Part shown: positions 29,163 to 32,000 of the stretch, one piece after another
How the letters are laid out: each line of letters starts with the position of its first letter
Position numbering within the stretch: the first letter of the stretch is position 1
Assembly (NCBI RefSeq): GCF_003072485.1
Contig: NZ_CP025989.1
Coordinates: 150,001-182,000 of the forward strand
Length of the DNA: 32,000 nt
DNA from: Candidatus Fokinia solitaria
Lineage (GTDB): Bacteria > Pseudomonadota > Alphaproteobacteria > Rickettsiales > Midichloriaceae
Reading direction: 5' to 3'
Made by a program: the position numbers and the translations under genes
Notes under the pieces: model-generated
What the model was told of the DNA's origin: nothing
Database searches by the model: none
The model's input: the letters and a program-made list of their open reading frames with translations, nothing else

Positions 29163-30245
29163 ATGTCACTTGATTCAGCTGCGATTGAGATAGAGAAGAG
29201 GTACGAGCATATATCAGCTTCATTAATGCAATCTTCTTTGCTGCCGATTGATGAAATGGTGAAGTTAAATCAAGAATATGCCACCTTAGAACCTGTAGTA
29301 GCAGTAATCAGAGAAAGAAGAAATTTGCAGAGGATGAATGAAGAGATCGATGCTGAGTTATCTGTTACAAATGATTCTGAATTTAAAGAAGCTTTGCAAA
29401 GTGAAAAAGCTTTGCTATCGCAGAAGCTAGAGAAAATAGAACATGACTTCATGCTACTTCTCATCCCGAAAGATACTGATGATGAGAAGGGAGTTATTAT
29501 GGAGATCAGAGCTGCTGCAGGTGGTGCGGAAGCTGCGCTATTTGCATATGATTTGATGAGGATGTATTGTAGATATGCAGAGCGTCAAAGTTGGAAGGTG
29601 GAAATATTATCTATGAGTTCAACTGGAATAGATGGAGTAAAAGAATGCGCAATATGTATAAGTGGACGCGGTGCTTTTGCAAGACTCAAGTTCGAAGCAG
29701 GAGTACATAGAGTGCAAAGAGTGCCAGATACGGAAAATAATGGCAGGATTCATACTTCTACTGTTACTGTAGCTGTGCTACCTGAGATACAAGAAGTAGA
29801 TATCAATATTAAGGAAGAAGATCTGAAAATAGATGTATATAGAGCAAGTGGCGCAGGAGGGCAGCATGTCAATAAAACGGAGAGTGCAGTGAGGATAGTG
29901 CATATTCCTACCGGAATAACAGTCTGTCAGCAGGACGATAAATCACAGCATCGAAACAAAGATAAAGCAATGAGGATATTAAGTGCAAGACTCTACGAGT
30001 TAGAAAAGAGTAAAAAAGAATCTGAACGTTCTCAGAACAGAAAAGCACAAGTAGGTACCGGAGAACGTTCAGAAAAAGTAAGAACTTACAATTATCCTCA
30101 AAGTAGAGTGACAGATCATAGAATCGGAGTAACGATACATAATATTTTAGATGTAATGGATGGTAATATACAGAATTTCATCGATCATCTAATATCTCTT
30201 CATAATGCAGAAAAGTTAGCGAATTTTTCGGAAAAAGAGTTATGA
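29163..30245 (+). CDS. prfA: peptide chain release factor 1
   Basis: 360 aa. GGQHVNKTESAVRI (the GGQ motif) and RIHTSTVTVAVLPE, an RF1-type region. Confidence 0.95.
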   Translation: MSLDSAAIEIEKRYEHISASLMQSSLLPIDEMVKLNQEYATLEPVVAVIRERRNLQRMNEEIDAELSVTNDSEFKEALQSEKALLSQKLEKIEHDFMLLLIPKDTDDEKGVIMEIRAAAGGAEAALFAYDLMRMYCRYAERQSWKVEILSMSSTGIDGVKECAICISGRGAFARLKFEAGVHRVQRVPDTENNGRIHTSTVTVAVLPEIQEVDINIKEEDLKIDVYRASGAGGQHVNKTESAVRIVHIPTGITVCQQDDKSQHRNKDKAMRILSARLYELEKSKKESERSQNRKAQVGTGERSEKVRTYNYPQSRVTDHRIGVTIHNILDVMDGNIQNFIDHLISLHNAEKLANFSEKEL

Positions 30246-31295
30246 TGCGTTGTCATCTTTAGCAAGTTGAAATAAGTGCTTTTTCTCCTCCATATCGCTG
30301 CAAATTTTGGTATTTAACTCGTACTTAGCTAATCTATAAGCTACGCTTAGTGCATTAGTTATCCCTTCTATATCAGCACCACTATGACTCTTGACCACGA
30401 TACCATTCAATCCTATTAGCATAGCGCCATTGCATCGAGATGGATTGATAGTTCTAAAGACTTTTTTCAGATGTGAACGTAATAAAAAGCTGCCTATTTT
30501 ACCTAATAAGCCTGCTTCGATCACAGTCTTTTTCATGATCTTTCCGATAAATTTTGCAGTACCTTCGGCTGATTTTAGAAAAATATTACCTGAAAATCCG
30601 TCTGTTACTACCACATCGACATCGCCATTAATTACTTGATGAGGTTCTATAAATCCACAATAATTGATGTTTGAATTTTTCAGCAATATATGTCCTTTTC
30701 TCTCAATAGTACGTCCTTTATTATCTTCATTACCTACATTAAGCATACCTATTCTTGGAGATTTAATGCCATACTCTATTTTTGAGTAAGAGCTTCCCAT
30801 AATTGCAAATTGTAATATTATCTGTTCATTAATCTCAGTATTTGCGCCAAGATCTAGTATTACAATATCGTTCTTATATGTAGGGAATGGTGCTATTATT
30901 GCGGGTCTATTGATGAAATTCAGCGTATGTAGCAACATCTTTCCAGTTACCATAAGTGCACCAGTATTACCGCATGATAAAGCCGCATTGGCATTATTCT
31001 TTTGCACTTCTTCTATTGCTAATCTCATGCTTGAATTCTTCTTAGCTCTAAAAGCATGAATAGGATCATCATCATTTTTCACTGATTCACCAGAATACAC
31101 GATATTCACAATATGTTGAGATAGAAGTGGATATCGAGATAATAAAGGAGATATTTCCTCTTTAATACCGCACAGTATGAAGCGAATTTCCGAATTTTGC
31201 TTTGCATACTCGTTCATAGCACTAATCACAAAGTGTGGTGCGTTATCACCTCCCATAGCGTCTACACTAATTACTACGTGATTTCTGCTGTTCAT
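30240..31295 (-). CDS. plsX: phosphate acyltransferase PlsX
   Basis: 351 aa. ISVDAMGGDNAP and DGFSGNI motifs. Overlaps the prfA 3-prime end by 6 nt (convergent). No rpmF lies upstream. Confidence 0.92.
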   Translation of the reverse strand: MNSRNHVVISVDAMGGDNAPHFVISAMNEYAKQNSEIRFILCGIKEEISPLLSRYPLLSQHIVNIVYSGESVKNDDDPIHAFRAKKNSSMRLAIEEVQKNNANAALSCGNTGALMVTGKMLLHTLNFINRPAIIAPFPTYKNDIVILDLGANTEINEQIILQFAIMGSSYSKIEYGIKSPRIGMLNVGNEDNKGRTIERKGHILLKNSNINYCGFIEPHQVINGDVDVVVTDGFSGNIFLKSAEGTAKFIGKIMKKTVIEAGLLGKIGSFLLRSHLKKVFRTINPSRCNGAMLIGLNGIVVKSHSGADIEGITNALSVAYRLAKYELNTKICSDMEEKKHLFQLAKDDNAS

Positions 31296-31381
31296 TATCT
31301 CATCCTATGTTTTTCTTAGTAACTAGATGATAATATGATAAAGCTGTCAGTTAGTACAAATAAAATTTCTGCGTATATCAC

Positions 31382-32000
31382 CTACTTTTTATTGGATGAA
31401 TTTGAAAGTATTGTAATGGCTTCTTTTATTGAATTCATATTTAGATCTTTTTGTTCGATTAAATATATATTGCCGTGATGTGCTTTGATATATCTTGCAT
31501 TTAGAAGCTGATGTTCGTCTGTCGAATTCGGCAATGGCACAAGTATGGCTTTTTTATTTAATGTTAAAATTTCTCCTATGGTAGAGGAACCTGCCCGTGA
31601 TATTATGATATCTGATTGTGCCATTATGCTGCAGCAATCAGCGAAAAAATGCCTAATATCGCAAGATTGAATCGCTTTATTTTTAGCGTATAGTGCTTTG
31701 ATAGTTTCGACATCATTATACTTTGATATTTGCTGATATACGCGAATATCGGTATCAATATGAAGTTTCGATATTATTTCCGCCAATGTCATTGTGAGAG
31801 TAGCTGCGCCCTGACTGCCGCCGAGCATGAATAATCGTAAGCAGTCATCGAGCTTCGAGTGCGTTGTTTCCTTATAATGTTTAAATTCTTCACGTACTAT
31901 GAATCCGAGATGTACTACTGGTACATTGGTACGCGGTAGCACGATGTCTTTGTAAGTAGTGAGCAATGTAGTATTTGGAAGGTAATTTGCAAATACTCGA
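31382..32000 (-). CDS. murG: undecaprenyldiphospho-muramoylpentapeptide beta-N-acetylglucosaminyltransferase, C-terminal part (5-prime end beyond window)
   Basis: GGSQGA motif, SRAGSSTIGEI, and EHQLLNARY. The reading frame stays open to the window edge. The ORF-track 'M' at 31966 is an internal TTG. Confidence 0.85.
   Translation of the reverse strand, partial: RVFANYLPNTTLLTTYKDIVLPRTNVPVVHLGFIVREEFKHYKETTHSKLDDCLRLFMLGGSQGAATLTMTLAEIISKLHIDTDIRVYQQISKYNDVETIKALYAKNKAIQSCDIRHFFADCCSIMAQSDIIISRAGSSTIGEILTLNKKAILVPLPNSTDEHQLLNARYIKAHHGNIYLIEQKDLNMNSIKEAITILSNSSNKK

Overview
This is an AT-rich, gene-dense window (roughly one-third G+C by eye on sampled lines). It looks like a reduced, obligately host-associated alphaproteobacterium of the Rickettsiales / Anaplasmataceae type. 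That placement is an inference from gene content: scattered nuo and atp genes, an orphan HK97/GTA-type portal gene, DAACS and EamA transporters, an acidic tandem-repeat protein, and long tandem repeats in non-coding DNA. I cannot name the species.

Most of the window is housekeeping: nuoI, ribB, nrdA, secB, plsC, coaBC, dxr, rnhB, an hscA-like gene, nhaC, tuf, fdxA, atpD, skp, ybeY, rne/rng, erpA/iscA, prfA, plsX and partial murG. There are three tRNAs: Pro-TGG, Thr-GGT and Arg-ACG. I saw no rRNA, CRISPR array, IS element or transposase.

Three things are not ordinary:
1. 21.8-24.0 kb is a ~2.1 kb ORF-free block. It starts with about 2.9 copies of a 278-bp tandem repeat that re-copies the 3-prime end of fdxA. 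It ends with a heavily eroded second copy of the tuf promoter/leader and the 5-prime two-thirds of tuf, cut off at tRNA-Thr. This reads as a segmental duplication in decay.
2. 16.9-18.8 kb holds a ~640-aa acidic tandem-repeat protein gene. A +1 frame change inside its own 33-nt repeats splits it into two ORFs. Its C-terminus looks like a type-1 secretion signal.
3. There are several reduced or orphan genes: an HscA lacking its helical lid, a lone phage portal gene, a C45/Ntn-hydrolase, a His-motif hypothetical, and an OMP plus mini-lipoprotein pair.

All similarity statements come from reading the sequence by eye and need alignment or HMM confirmation.
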